64,000 nt of DNA from Patescibacteria group bacterium (GTDB lineage Bacteria; Patescibacteriota; Patescibacteriia; JACQRZ01). The stretch spans positions 172-64,171 of the forward strand of contig JBBTRP010000006.1 of NCBI GenBank assembly GCA_038065125.1. The letters are read 5' to 3'. Shown here piece after piece: positions 1-9,097 of this stretch; position 1 is the stretch's first letter; the number at the start of each line of letters is the position of its first letter. The notes under the pieces are model-generated. The model did not search any database. It saw nothing but the letters and a program-made list of their open reading frames with translations, and had not been told where the DNA came from. Position numbers and translations under genes: made by a program.

Positions 1-849
1 TCCTCGCCACAGTATCCGACATCGCTCGGACAACTCTATGACGCTCCATTCATTCTGTATGTGAGGGGGAGACTTCCGGAGAATTGGTCACGGGCGTTAG
101 CGGTGGTCGGAACACGGAAGCTGACTGCGTACGGCATGCAGATTACCGCGCCGATTATTGCAGATCTCATTCGGTTCGAGTCAATCATCGTGAGCGGTCT
201 TGCTATCGGCATTGATGCGCTCGCCCACACCGCAGCCCTGGACGCGGGAGGTGTGACGATTGCGGTGCTGGGTGGAGGAGTGGATCGAGCGACGGTCGGG
301 CCGCGGCAGAATTATCTTCTCGCCGAATCAATCGTGACGCACGGAGGTGCGCTGATTTCTGAGTATCCGGTCCACGCTCGTCCCAATAAAAGTTCTTTTC
401 CGCAGCGGAATCGGATCATTGCGGGACTCTCTCGAGGCGTGCTTGTGATCGAAGCGCCGCAGGCGTCAGGTTCTTTGATCACCGCAAAAATCGCGCTTGA
501 TGAGAATCGAGAGGTGTTTGCGGTGCCCGGAAGTATTACCAACCCTTCCGCCCGCGGATCAAACTCTCTGATTCAGCGCGGTGCGCATGTGGCGCTGTCA
601 GGGAGCGACGTTGCCGAGGTGTTGCAATTCAGTGAGGGGGCGTCGCGGGGTCGGGAGGTCTCTGGACCCGCACTAACCGACACAGAGCAGATGCTTTACT
701 CGCTCGTGACTGCCGATCCGCTTCATGCTGACGAGCTTGCACGCACCGCAAAACTTGACATTGGAGAGACCCTCCGTACACTAGTACTCATGGAATTAAA
801 AGGATGCATTGCACAAGTGGGACCCTTGCAGTACGTCCGTTCATGGTAG
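1..849 (+). CDS. dprA: DNA-processing protein DprA/Smf, 5' end truncated by window edge
   Basis: Frame is open from base 1 (..LYDAPFILYVRG..). Rossmann-like DprA core (GIDALAHTAAL, GGVTIAVLGGG, FPQRNRIIAGLS, EAPQASGSLITA). Sits directly upstream of topA, a common synteny. Confidence 0.85.
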   Translation, partial: SSPQYPTSLGQLYDAPFILYVRGRLPENWSRALAVVGTRKLTAYGMQITAPIIADLIRFESIIVSGLAIGIDALAHTAALDAGGVTIAVLGGGVDRATVGPRQNYLLAESIVTHGGALISEYPVHARPNKSSFPQRNRIIAGLSRGVLVIEAPQASGSLITAKIALDENREVFAVPGSITNPSARGSNSLIQRGAHVALSGSDVAEVLQFSEGASRGREVSGPALTDTEQMLYSLVTADPLHADELARTAKLDIGETLRTLVLMELKGCIAQVGPLQYVRSW

Positions 850-852
850 ATT

Positions 853-3078
853 ATGACATCAAAGCGAACAAAAAAAACCAGCACGCATCGCGCACTGGTG
901 ATCGTCGAGTCACCGACAAAGGCAAAAACGATCAGCAAGTTCCTCGGATCTGAGTATCAGGTCGAGTCATCCTTTGGGCACATTCGCGATCTGCCAAAAA
1001 GTAAGATGGGCGTTGATATCGAAAATGATTTTGCGCCGCAGTATATTGTCCCGCTCAAGAGTAAAAAACGAGTAACGCTCCTGAAAAAGATGGCCCACGA
1101 TGCGGAGGAAGTCTACTTTGCGACTGATGAAGACCGCGAAGGCGAGGCGATTTCCTGGCATCTGTGTGAACTCCTTGATGTCGATCCTGAGAAGGCAAAG
1201 CGAATTGTGTTTCATGAGATTACCGAGAGCGCGATAAAAAATGCTCTTGCAAACCCGCGGACGATCAACGGGAATCTCGTGGATGCCCAGCAAGCGCGGC
1301 GAGTACTGGACCGGCTTGTGGGATACGAACTTTCGCCGTTCTTGTGGAGAAAGATCGCAAAGGGTCTGTCGGCTGGACGCGTTCAATCGGTCGCATTGAG
1401 GCTCATTGTTGAACGCGAACGTGAGATTGGTGCGTTCACACCACAGGAGTACTGGACGATCGAAGCGTCTGCGCAGAAGTTCACGGGCGACACTGCACCA
1501 TTTGAAATTAAACTCGTAAAAATTGACGGTAAAACACTTGATAAATTTCACATAACAACCGAACGGGACGCAAAGGGGATAGTCACCAATCTTTCCGGAT
1601 CATTATTTGCGGTCCAGAACAGTGAGTCAAAGGAGTCAAAAAAAGCCGCCCCGGTACCGTTTACGACCTCCTCGCTCCAGCAAGACGCAAACAGACGACT
1701 GCGCTATTCTCCGAAACAGACGATGATGATCGCGCAGCAGCTCTATGAGGGCATCGATCTTGATTCGGGATCTGAGGGTTTGATCACCTATATGCGTACC
1801 GACTCGGTAAATCTGGCGGACGTATTTAGATCTCAGGCACAGGATTTTCTTCAGACGCAGTACGGACCGCAGTACGCCCAAGGCCAGCGAGTGTACAAAA
1901 CAAAATCAAAACTCGCGCAGGAGGCGCATGAGGCGATCCGTCCTACCTCCGTATCGCGTACCCCGGAGTCGGTAAGGGGCTTTCTTGATGAAAGCCAGTT
2001 CAAGCTCTATGACCTTATCTGGCGTCGCGCCGTCGCGAGCCAAATGCCTGATGCGCGGTATCAGCAGACCGTAATTGATATTGCCGCGCAGAAAGATGGG
2101 ATTCCCTCGTATCTTTTCCGAGCGGCTGGTCAGGTAGTTACTTTTGACGGGTTTACCAAAGTGTATGGAATTGAAAGCGAGGAGGTGACCCTTCCGCAGG
2201 TGTCACTTGGCGAGAAGCTCTCCGTGTCAGATTTGAAATCCTTGCAACACTTTACCAAGCCGCCTGCGCGATACTCAGAGGCGGGACTCGTGAAGGTTCT
2301 TGAGGAGCACGGGATCGGACGCCCTTCGACCTATGCGCCTACCATCAGCACGCTAGTCGAGCGCAATTACGTGCAGCGCGAAGATAGGCGCCTCAAGCCG
2401 ACAGATATTGCATTTCTCGTGAACGATCTGCTCGTGGAGCATTTTAATCAGATCGTTGATTATGCGTTCACCGCGAAAATGGAGGACACTCTTGATGAAG
2501 TTGCCGAGGGGGAAAAGAAATGGGTCCCTGTCATGAAGGAGTTCTACGAACCGTTCCACGCAAACCTTGTGGAGAAGGATAAAGAACTTTCAAAAAAATC
2601 CCTTGCCACTATCGAGGAGACGGATATTGTGTGCGAAAAATGCGGCAAACCAATGGTGAAGCGCATGGGGCGTTTCGGGAAGTTTCTTGCGTGCACGGGG
2701 TTCCCTGAATGTAAAAACGCGAAAGCTCTTGAAGAGGTCGGGGCGTCGGGAAGCGAGGGACAAGAAAATGAACAGACAGCAATTCCACCGTGCGAAAAAT
2801 GCGGCGCGCCCATGGCCATGAAAGCGGGACGCTTTGGAAAGTTTTTGGGGTGCAGCAAATATCCGGATTGCAAGAATATCCGGAATCTCCGAGATAAAAA
2901 TCTGGGAATTCCCTGTCCCACCTGCACGGCTGTCGGCGTATCACCCGCGGGGTCGATTATTCAGAAGCGGAGTAAGCGAGGGAAAACTTTTTACGGCTGC
3001 AATCGGTATCCCGACTGCGATTTTGTATCCTGGACGCGGCCGGGAGTGCCGGAAGAAAAAAATCAGGACGCAGACTGA
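853..3078 (+). CDS. topA: DNA topoisomerase I with three C-terminal zinc-ribbon repeats
   Basis: 741 aa. TOPRIM N-terminus (LVIVESPTKAKTI, ATDEDREGEAI). Three C4 zinc ribbons (CEKCGKPM..CTGFPEC, CEKCGAPM..CSKYPDC, CPTC..CNRYPDC). Confidence 0.95.
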   Translation: MTSKRTKKTSTHRALVIVESPTKAKTISKFLGSEYQVESSFGHIRDLPKSKMGVDIENDFAPQYIVPLKSKKRVTLLKKMAHDAEEVYFATDEDREGEAISWHLCELLDVDPEKAKRIVFHEITESAIKNALANPRTINGNLVDAQQARRVLDRLVGYELSPFLWRKIAKGLSAGRVQSVALRLIVEREREIGAFTPQEYWTIEASAQKFTGDTAPFEIKLVKIDGKTLDKFHITTERDAKGIVTNLSGSLFAVQNSESKESKKAAPVPFTTSSLQQDANRRLRYSPKQTMMIAQQLYEGIDLDSGSEGLITYMRTDSVNLADVFRSQAQDFLQTQYGPQYAQGQRVYKTKSKLAQEAHEAIRPTSVSRTPESVRGFLDESQFKLYDLIWRRAVASQMPDARYQQTVIDIAAQKDGIPSYLFRAAGQVVTFDGFTKVYGIESEEVTLPQVSLGEKLSVSDLKSLQHFTKPPARYSEAGLVKVLEEHGIGRPSTYAPTISTLVERNYVQREDRRLKPTDIAFLVNDLLVEHFNQIVDYAFTAKMEDTLDEVAEGEKKWVPVMKEFYEPFHANLVEKDKELSKKSLATIEETDIVCEKCGKPMVKRMGRFGKFLACTGFPECKNAKALEEVGASGSEGQENEQTAIPPCEKCGAPMAMKAGRFGKFLGCSKYPDCKNIRNLRDKNLGIPCPTCTAVGVSPAGSIIQKRSKRGKTFYGCNRYPDCDFVSWTRPGVPEEKNQDAD

Positions 3079-3650
3079 AATCGCTCTTCTACCCGAGTCC
3101 AGTCGACAGCCTTCATGAATGCTTCGATATAATCTGCGCGCTTGATGCCGTAGTCGGTTATATAGGCGTGTTCGAAAACATCCATAATGAGTAAAATTTT
3201 TGTTCCGGCGAGATGACCAACATCGTGCTCATTTGCCCATGCATTGAAAAGCATACCTGTCTCGCGCTCATACCGCAGGATCGCCCAACCAATTCCACGC
3301 ATTGCAGCAGTTGCCCTAAAGTCTTTTTCCCACATTTCATAACTGCCAAACTGAGCCGCAAGTTGTGCTCGAAGGCTGGAGCCTTGATCTAATGGCGAGT
3401 TGGCGTTTAGCATATTGCCAAAGTAGAATTCATGTAGTCTCATGCCGTCAAACTCCCATCCAAAATGACGCTTTAGTTCACCATACTCGGGCGTTGTTTG
3501 TTTTTCATCTGCTAGAAGTTGCTTCAATTTTTCTAAGAGGGTGTTTGTATTCTTCACGTATCCTTCGTAGAGGGCAAAGTGGTTTATCAGAAGCGTATCG
3601 GAAAACCCCGGTGTACCCAGGAGCTGATCGTATTTTTTTGCTTCGTACAT
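3063..3650 (-). CDS. Fe/Mn-family superoxide dismutase
   Basis: Internal ATG (MYEAKKYDQLLGT..) gives about 195 aa with SOD motifs (HHxKHH-like region, DVWEHAYY-like DVFEHAYITDY). The longer ORF-track start would overlap the peroxiredoxin gene in another frame. Stop overlaps the topA 3' end by 16 bp, convergent. Confidence 0.85.
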   Translation of the reverse strand: MYEAKKYDQLLGTPGFSDTLLINHFALYEGYVKNTNTLLEKLKQLLADEKQTTPEYGELKRHFGWEFDGMRLHEFYFGNMLNANSPLDQGSSLRAQLAAQFGSYEMWEKDFRATAAMRGIGWAILRYERETGMLFNAWANEHDVGHLAGTKILLIMDVFEHAYITDYGIKRADYIEAFMKAVDWTRVEERFQSAS

Positions 3651-3652
3651 AG

Positions 3653-4216
3653 TTATATTTTCCCGACCAGATCGAGTCCGGGTGTGAGCGTGCCCTTGCC
3701 TGGCTCCCAGCTTGCAGGACAGACCTGGCCGGGATGTTGGGTTACGTATTGAGCCGCTTGCGTTTTTCGCAGCAACTCCTGTGCATTCCTCCCGATGCTG
3801 TTGTCGTGGTATTCGCACGCCTTCAAGACTCCGTCCGGATCAATAATGAACGAGCCGCGCAGCGAGAGCCCCTCATGTTCGATATAGGTATCAAATGCGC
3901 GTGCCAATGCGCTGGTGGGATCCGCTGCCATGGGGAAGGTAATTTTTTTTATTGCCGGAGAGTTGTCATGCCAGGCCTTATGAACAAAAACGGTATCCGT
4001 GCTAACGCTGACGATCTCAGTATTTATTTTTGCAAACTCTGGGTACAGCTTTGCCATTTCTTCAAGCTCTGTCGGGCAAATGAAGGTGAAGTCAGCTGGA
4101 TAGAAAAAAAGAATAAGCCATTTTCCTCGGTAATCCGAGAGCTTTTTTTTCTCTATCTCATCATTGTGGTATACCTGGAACGAAATATCCGGTACCGGTT
4201 GTCCGATTGGTATCAT
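3653..4216 (-). CDS. peroxiredoxin (AhpC/TSA family, 2-Cys type)
   Basis: FTFICPTE peroxidatic Cys motif. Thioredoxin fold signature. Its stop lies 2 nt before the SOD start. Confidence 0.9.
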   Translation of the reverse strand: MIPIGQPVPDISFQVYHNDEIEKKKLSDYRGKWLILFFYPADFTFICPTELEEMAKLYPEFAKINTEIVSVSTDTVFVHKAWHDNSPAIKKITFPMAADPTSALARAFDTYIEHEGLSLRGSFIIDPDGVLKACEYHDNSIGRNAQELLRKTQAAQYVTQHPGQVCPASWEPGKGTLTPGLDLVGKI

Positions 4217-4347
4217 AGGTGAGAGGTTAGGGGGGGTCTAAGGTTATAGGTTATAGGTGAGAGGTTGAGGGGCTGGGGTAGGTTTATAGATAAGAGGTAT
4301 ATAGAATTCCAACCTCTAACCTAACACCTCTTACCTCTAACCTGCAT
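4217..4347. repeat. G/T-rich AGGTTA/AGGTGA-GAGG repeat array with inverted complement; long imperfect hairpin
   Basis: Direct reading: aggtgagaggttagg..aggttataggttataggtgagaggttgagg.. on top strand, followed by ccaacctctaacctaacacctcttacctctaacc (reverse complement of the same motif family). Confidence 0.7.
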
Positions 4348-4515
4348 TTACGGTCCATCGTATAGTTCGAACATAACCTTTGTGGCGCCGCAAATAGGGC
4401 AGATCCAGTCATCGGGGATCGCCTCGAACGGAGTGCCGGGATCGATTCCGCCATCTGGATCTCCTTTTTCTTGGTCATAGACATAACCGCAAGGCGGACA
4501 AATATATTTTTTCAT
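4348..4515 (-). CDS. rubredoxin (55 aa; absent from ORF track because <60 aa)
   Basis: Hand translation of minus strand: [55 protein letters not shown]. Classic CxxCG..CPxCG rubredoxin. Confidence 0.85.
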   Translation of the reverse strand: MKKYICPPCGYVYDQEKGDPDGGIDPGTPFEAIPDDWICPICGATKVMFELYDGP

Positions 4516-4622
4516 AGAATACTGATATGGGAGTGAAAAGGTATGATAAGTGTAAAGAACGGGCGGCAGCTGTCAAGCATTGAAGTTTTGCCGTCTCTTT
4601 GCTAGGCTTTGGGTGAACGAGT

Positions 4623-6086
4623 ATGTCAAAGGAGGAGCTGATCTCACGAGTCAAAGGATACAATCCTTTGGCCGATACGACAATGATCGAGCTGGCATAC
4701 GACTTTGCCGAGAGCGCGCATGCAGGGCAGGTGCGGCTCAACGGGGAGCCGTATTTTTCGCATTGCCTGGGTGCCGTCGAGCATTTGTTAAAAATGCACT
4801 TGGACGACGCGACAATCATTGCGGGGTTACTTCACGATGTTCCCGATGAGACATCTGTCACGATTGATGAGATTCGAAAAAATTTCGGAGATGATATTGC
4901 GACCCTCGTTGACGGGGTGGGCCGATTGGGAACGCTGAAATATCGTGGCATCGAGCGGTACGCCGACAATCTCAGGAAGCTGTTCATCTCCATGGCGCAC
5001 GACATTCGCATTATCTTCGTGAAGTTTGCTGATCGTCTTCACAATCTGGAAACACTCTCCGTTCTTCCGGCAGAAAAGCAGCAGCGTATCGCGCGCGAGG
5101 TCGTCGACATTTACGCACCAATCGCGCATCGACTCGGTATTGGGTATATCAAGACAGAACTTGAGGATCGCGCATTCCAATACGTTCATCCGCAGGATTA
5201 CGAACAGATTTCCTTGCTCGTTGCGCCCCGACAACAGAAGAAAACGGAGTACTTGGAGGCAATACGCGACAACCTGCTTGCTGAACTGCAGCGGACAGGA
5301 ATTCCGGTGACCCTTGTGGAGAGTCGTGTGAAGTCTTTTTTTAGCATTTATCGAAAAATGCAGAAGAAGCGGATTTCCGACCTCGAGGGAATATATGATA
5401 TTACCGCGATGCGGGTTATTGTGCCGAACATCAGTGACTGCTACGCGACATTGGGGTGCATTCATCAGCTCTGGAAGCCGCTTCCCGGAAGGATCAAGGA
5501 TTACATTGCGCAGCCAAAACCCAACAACTACCGCTGTCTTCATACGACCGTATTCTGCGATGAGGGCGAGGTGGTCGAGTTCCAGATTCAAACCCGAGCC
5601 ATGCACATCGAAGCGAAGTACGGAGTTGCCGCGCACTGGCATTATTCAGAGGCAAAAAAGCGGTCTGAGAAAATCACCCGCGATCTGGACTGGGTCCAGG
5701 AGATCCTCTCGATCCAGGAGCGAACGCCCGACAATCAAGAATATCTCCGGTCGCTCAAGTTTGATGTTTTCAAAAAGCGCATTTTCGTCTTTACCCCGAA
5801 AGGAGATGTAATCAACCTGCCAGAGGACGCCACACCGATCGATTTTGCGTATACGATCCACTCAGATATCGGGCGACGATGCGTCGGTTCACGAATCAAT
5901 GACTCGCTCTGCGCGTTAAGCACGCAACTCAAGAGTGGCGACGTTGTGGAAATTCTTACCGAAAAAAATCGAAAAATTCCCAGCGTCCACTGGCTCTCAA
6001 TCGCCAAAACCCATCTTGCGCGCGCAAAGATAAAAGCACAGCTGCGCGAGCACGAGCTGCATACCGGAAGCGGATTCTCGAAATAA
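4623..6086 (+). CDS. rel: short bifunctional (p)ppGpp synthetase/hydrolase (Rel/SpoT homolog: HD + synthetase + TGS, no ACT domain)
   Basis: HD hydrolase motif (LLHDVPDET). RelA/SpoT synthetase motifs (DITAMRVIVP, YRCLHTTV, EFQIQTRAMH). TGS-like C-terminus (GDVVEIL). Confidence 0.9.
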   Translation: MSKEELISRVKGYNPLADTTMIELAYDFAESAHAGQVRLNGEPYFSHCLGAVEHLLKMHLDDATIIAGLLHDVPDETSVTIDEIRKNFGDDIATLVDGVGRLGTLKYRGIERYADNLRKLFISMAHDIRIIFVKFADRLHNLETLSVLPAEKQQRIAREVVDIYAPIAHRLGIGYIKTELEDRAFQYVHPQDYEQISLLVAPRQQKKTEYLEAIRDNLLAELQRTGIPVTLVESRVKSFFSIYRKMQKKRISDLEGIYDITAMRVIVPNISDCYATLGCIHQLWKPLPGRIKDYIAQPKPNNYRCLHTTVFCDEGEVVEFQIQTRAMHIEAKYGVAAHWHYSEAKKRSEKITRDLDWVQEILSIQERTPDNQEYLRSLKFDVFKKRIFVFTPKGDVINLPEDATPIDFAYTIHSDIGRRCVGSRINDSLCALSTQLKSGDVVEILTEKNRKIPSVHWLSIAKTHLARAKIKAQLREHELHTGSGFSK

Positions 6087-6094
6087 CAGTTTTT

Positions 6095-7444
6095 ATGACT
6101 CGATATCGCTGGATCATTTTTCTTATATTTTCGATTCTGTTCTGCGCAACAGGAGTTGCTCTATTATTGTATGCGCAAGGATACCGCTATCATTTCGGCA
6201 GAAAAACGCTTGAAAAGACCGGGCAATTGAGTATTGAATCAAAACCAAAAGGCGCATCGCTCAGCGTGAATGGTCAGCAGTCTTTTGGTAGAGCGCTCTT
6301 TTCAGGAGGGGAACAGGACGGCAAAACTCCCGAACGCATCCCCGGCCTTCTGTCAGGAACCTATACTGTTCATCTAGAGAGTGACGGGTATTATCCCTGG
6401 ACACGAGTTGTTACCGTTGAGTCGGGGCAGGCCACGCTCATTCGGCCTGCAATCCTCATTCGGAAAAATGCGACAGATGAGATTACACCAACCCTTGAGA
6501 GAACCGCAACACTTGCCGCAGTGCCCCTCTCCCAGGTTTTTGTTGCCACTCAAAATGAACTCACTGTTTTTAATCCAAAAACAAAGCAGTCCCGAATCAT
6601 CCTTCGGGCAGGGGAGCCATTTTCATTCGTCTCGAAAAGCCCGAACGAACAATCGATTCTTCTGGCAAGCAAGAAAAACGCATGGTTGGTCGGAAGTGAC
6701 GGACGACTCGACCCCCTCATTCTCCCGCGCGATACCATAGATCAATTCCGTTGGAGCACGAACGGCGACCGTATAGTAGGACTCACGGGCGGCAAGATTT
6801 TCCAGTTGTTTTCGCGTTCCAAGCCTCGTGTCTTGACAACAACCTCTGCATCTGACGCTCTTCTTCATGGTTCGTCGCTTATTTTTGTCCCGAAGGAAAA
6901 TCCCAGAGAAGTGCGTCGGCTATCTCTGCTTGAAAAGACTTCGCCCGAGGAGGTTGTCGTCCGGGTGTCAAGCGCGATATCTCGAATCATTGCAACACAC
7001 GGGAGCCACCTCGTTATTGCGTATGGAAAAAATGATCTTGCGGTGGTGGACGACTCTTCTGACGGGACAACGCAATCGTCATTACGCGCGGGCACAGAAG
7101 CTCGATTTTGGGATGCTCGTACTCTTATTTCCTGGAATGATTTTGAGGTGTTCCGGACTGATTTTATAAACGAACGGGCTGCAACACCCCAACTCATAGT
7201 CCGTAGGAGTGTACCGATTCGTAAAGTTGAACTCCTTCCCGAAATCGGATATATCGCAGTACTATTCGATGATGGATCCGTAAGTGTGATAGAACAAACG
7301 GGGGCAGAGTCGCGAAACCGATATACTCTTGCTGATCGGTCGATTAAGGATATTACTGCCCTTGATGGGAAGGGGTTGGTGTGGATTCGGTCGGAATCTG
7401 GAAAGGACGTGATGAGGTTGGAGACGGTACGTCTTGTCCAGTGA
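6095..7444 (+). CDS. membrane-anchored PEGA-domain protein (hypothetical)
   Basis: N-terminal TM helix, then PEGA-like beta-sandwich segment (SVNGQQ..PERIPGLLSGTYTVHLESDGYYPW). Rest has no recognisable catalytic motif. Confidence 0.5.
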   Translation: MTRYRWIIFLIFSILFCATGVALLLYAQGYRYHFGRKTLEKTGQLSIESKPKGASLSVNGQQSFGRALFSGGEQDGKTPERIPGLLSGTYTVHLESDGYYPWTRVVTVESGQATLIRPAILIRKNATDEITPTLERTATLAAVPLSQVFVATQNELTVFNPKTKQSRIILRAGEPFSFVSKSPNEQSILLASKKNAWLVGSDGRLDPLILPRDTIDQFRWSTNGDRIVGLTGGKIFQLFSRSKPRVLTTTSASDALLHGSSLIFVPKENPREVRRLSLLEKTSPEEVVVRVSSAISRIIATHGSHLVIAYGKNDLAVVDDSSDGTTQSSLRAGTEARFWDARTLISWNDFEVFRTDFINERAATPQLIVRRSVPIRKVELLPEIGYIAVLFDDGSVSVIEQTGAESRNRYTLADRSIKDITALDGKGLVWIRSESGKDVMRLETVRLVQ

Positions 7445-8858
7445 CCATGTCGCTTCCTAATATAATGACAAAATCAGGCGGGAGAGCAGGGGAAGATGTT
7501 GCTTGAGAATTATCCTCAATCAGTGTCGACGATGGAAGAAGTGAGAGAAGCGTTTCTCGACTGAATTTTTTTAACGGTACGGGCGGAGAGAAAAGGCGCG
7601 AAACCACTGCGTCGCGCTGCTCTGCATTTTCAATGGAGACGACCGTGTAGCCCGCTTTGGTGAGAGAGGAGGCAAACCGGCCCGCAAGTCCGGGCGTGCG
7701 CGTGCCATTTTTGACGACGACGCGAGGCGCCTCGTCGCGGATTTTTCGTGCGGTTTCTTTTTTGACCTCGCGGCTAAAAATATCACGGACAACGACTTGC
7801 ATCTGCTCGAACGTCCCGTCTCGGGGAAGAAGGACATACGCCCCCTCAACGACCGAGCTGGTCAAAAAGTTTTCCGGTCCGTCATCAAAGACAAAGGAAA
7901 GGATATGGTCCTGATCGATCGATCGGGCGAGCGAGAGAAAGGCGAGGAGCTCCCACGACTTGATGTTGGTCGAGATGTGCTCGCGAAGCGATGAAACGAC
8001 GTCGTTTATTTTTTGCGGATTGAGCAGGAATTGAGCAGAGAATACTTTTTCCTTGACCGCGGTGATGACTTTTTGCTGTCGTGCACTGCGAGCAAAGTCC
8101 GATCCCTCATTATTCATTCCGCTATGGCGCGACCGCACGAACATGAGTGCACGCGCGCCGTCCATGGTTTGCGGTCCGGCGGAAAAGGAGATCGTCTGGT
8201 ATTTGTAGTCATCAGTCGGGTAGCTGTAGTCGGTGAACGGTTTGTCTACGTCAATCTCAAGTCCGCCGAGGATGTCGACAATCTCGCTAAAGCCGGCAAA
8301 ATCGACCCGGAGTGTGTAGTGGACGGGAACATTCAACACCTTACTGATGACCGCGGCAGCCGTTTCTGGTCCGGAGCCGGGCGCATTCATCTCTGCAAAG
8401 GCGTTTGCGTTATTGATTTTTCTCCATCCGTATCCTTCAATGGGGACGAGAAGATCGCGCGGGATGGATATGAATGCCGCTGAACGGGTTGAGGGTTTCA
8501 CGCTTAGGAGAATGTTGGTGTCGGAGAGCTGGGGGCCATCATGGTCTTTGCCGCCCACACCCAAGAGTAGTAGATTAATTCGATCTTCCTGTTCACCCAA
8601 GAGCGCACGATCTTTCGTCTCTCCGAACTGAGGACGCGATCCGAATAGGATCGAATGAAGCACAGAATTAAGTGCCGAGGTATCGTTTTGGGATTGCTGG
8701 TAGGAGAATACCGACGTTGCGCTCAAGATGACGATGCCGATCGCGAAAAAACCCAGGAGGGAGGGAAGGACACGAATGGTTGTTTGTTCTTGTTTTCGAT
8801 CGGGTTTTTTCGGTGTATTTTCGTCAAGTCGGAGCAAATTGATCTCAACTTTGTTCAT
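7353..8858 (-). CDS. LytR-CpsA-Psr (LCP) family glycopolymer transferase with LytR_C domain
   Basis: N-terminal TM. LCP core (NILLLGVGGKDHDGPQLSDTNILLSV, SIPRDL, MFVRSRH). C-terminal LytR_C-like region (PRVVVKNGTRTPGLAGRF..DFVIILGSD). Confidence 0.8.
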   Translation of the reverse strand: MNKVEINLLRLDENTPKKPDRKQEQTTIRVLPSLLGFFAIGIVILSATSVFSYQQSQNDTSALNSVLHSILFGSRPQFGETKDRALLGEQEDRINLLLLGVGGKDHDGPQLSDTNILLSVKPSTRSAAFISIPRDLLVPIEGYGWRKINNANAFAEMNAPGSGPETAAAVISKVLNVPVHYTLRVDFAGFSEIVDILGGLEIDVDKPFTDYSYPTDDYKYQTISFSAGPQTMDGARALMFVRSRHSGMNNEGSDFARSARQQKVITAVKEKVFSAQFLLNPQKINDVVSSLREHISTNIKSWELLAFLSLARSIDQDHILSFVFDDGPENFLTSSVVEGAYVLLPRDGTFEQMQVVVRDIFSREVKKETARKIRDEAPRVVVKNGTRTPGLAGRFASSLTKAGYTVVSIENAEQRDAVVSRLFSPPVPLKKFSRETLLSLLPSSTLIEDNSQATSSPALPPDFVIILGSDMVTGQDVPSPTSSRPFQIPTESTPTPSHQGQ

Positions 8859-8920
8859 AGTCCTTGCGAAGACGGAAAAATTGACAGGTGATTGCGTTAG
8901 GATACACTAAAATTGTCGTT

Positions 8921-8952
8921 CTGGCAATTATTGGTTTGTGATTCTGTACAAT
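8921..8952 (+). promoter_or_regulatory. possible sigma70-like promoter for tRNA-Val (-10 TACAAT at 8947-8952, preceded by TG)
   Basis: Sequence tggcaat..ctgTACAAT about 60 nt upstream of the tRNA. Weak -35. Confidence 0.25.
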
Positions 8953-9012
8953 GAGCTGGAGCTGATTATCCGACGAAGACACAAAAACTTCATCATTACT
9001 CATGGGCGATAT

Positions 9013-9086
9013 GGGCGTTTAGCTCAGCTGGTTAGAGCGCACCGTTCACATCGGTGAGGTCAGAGGTTCGAGTCCTCTAACGCCCA
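9013..9086 (+). tRNA. tRNA-Val (anticodon CAC)
   Basis: Cloverleaf folded by hand. Acceptor GGGCGTT/AACGCCC, D-stem GCTC/GAGC, anticodon stem CACCG/CGGTG with loop TTCACAT, T-arm AGAGG-TTCGAGT-CCTCT, discriminator A. No encoded CCA. Confidence 0.9.
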
Positions 9087-9097
9087 TGAGTGAAGGG

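Noticed and set aside
967-2944. Several antisense ORFs (967-1551, 1636-1881, 2544-2927, 2609-2944) inside topA
   Set aside because: They are shadow ORFs opposite a highly conserved gene, with low-complexity translations.
3063-3818. Long 251-aa form of the SOD ORF starting at 3818
   Set aside because: The extra 56 N-terminal residues (MRIPRQQHREECTG..) are non-SOD, basic and low-complexity, and overlap the peroxiredoxin coding region. The internal ATG gives a canonical-length SOD.
4217-4347. CRISPR array
   Set aside because: The repeats are short (about 10 nt), irregular and contiguous, with no spacers, and there are no cas genes. They fit a hairpin or operator array.
4475-4849. ORFs 4475-4819(-) and 4580-4849(+) from the six-frame track
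   Set aside because: They overlap the rubredoxin start and the Rel N-terminus in other frames. They have no motifs, and the Rel and rubredoxin frames are strongly supported.
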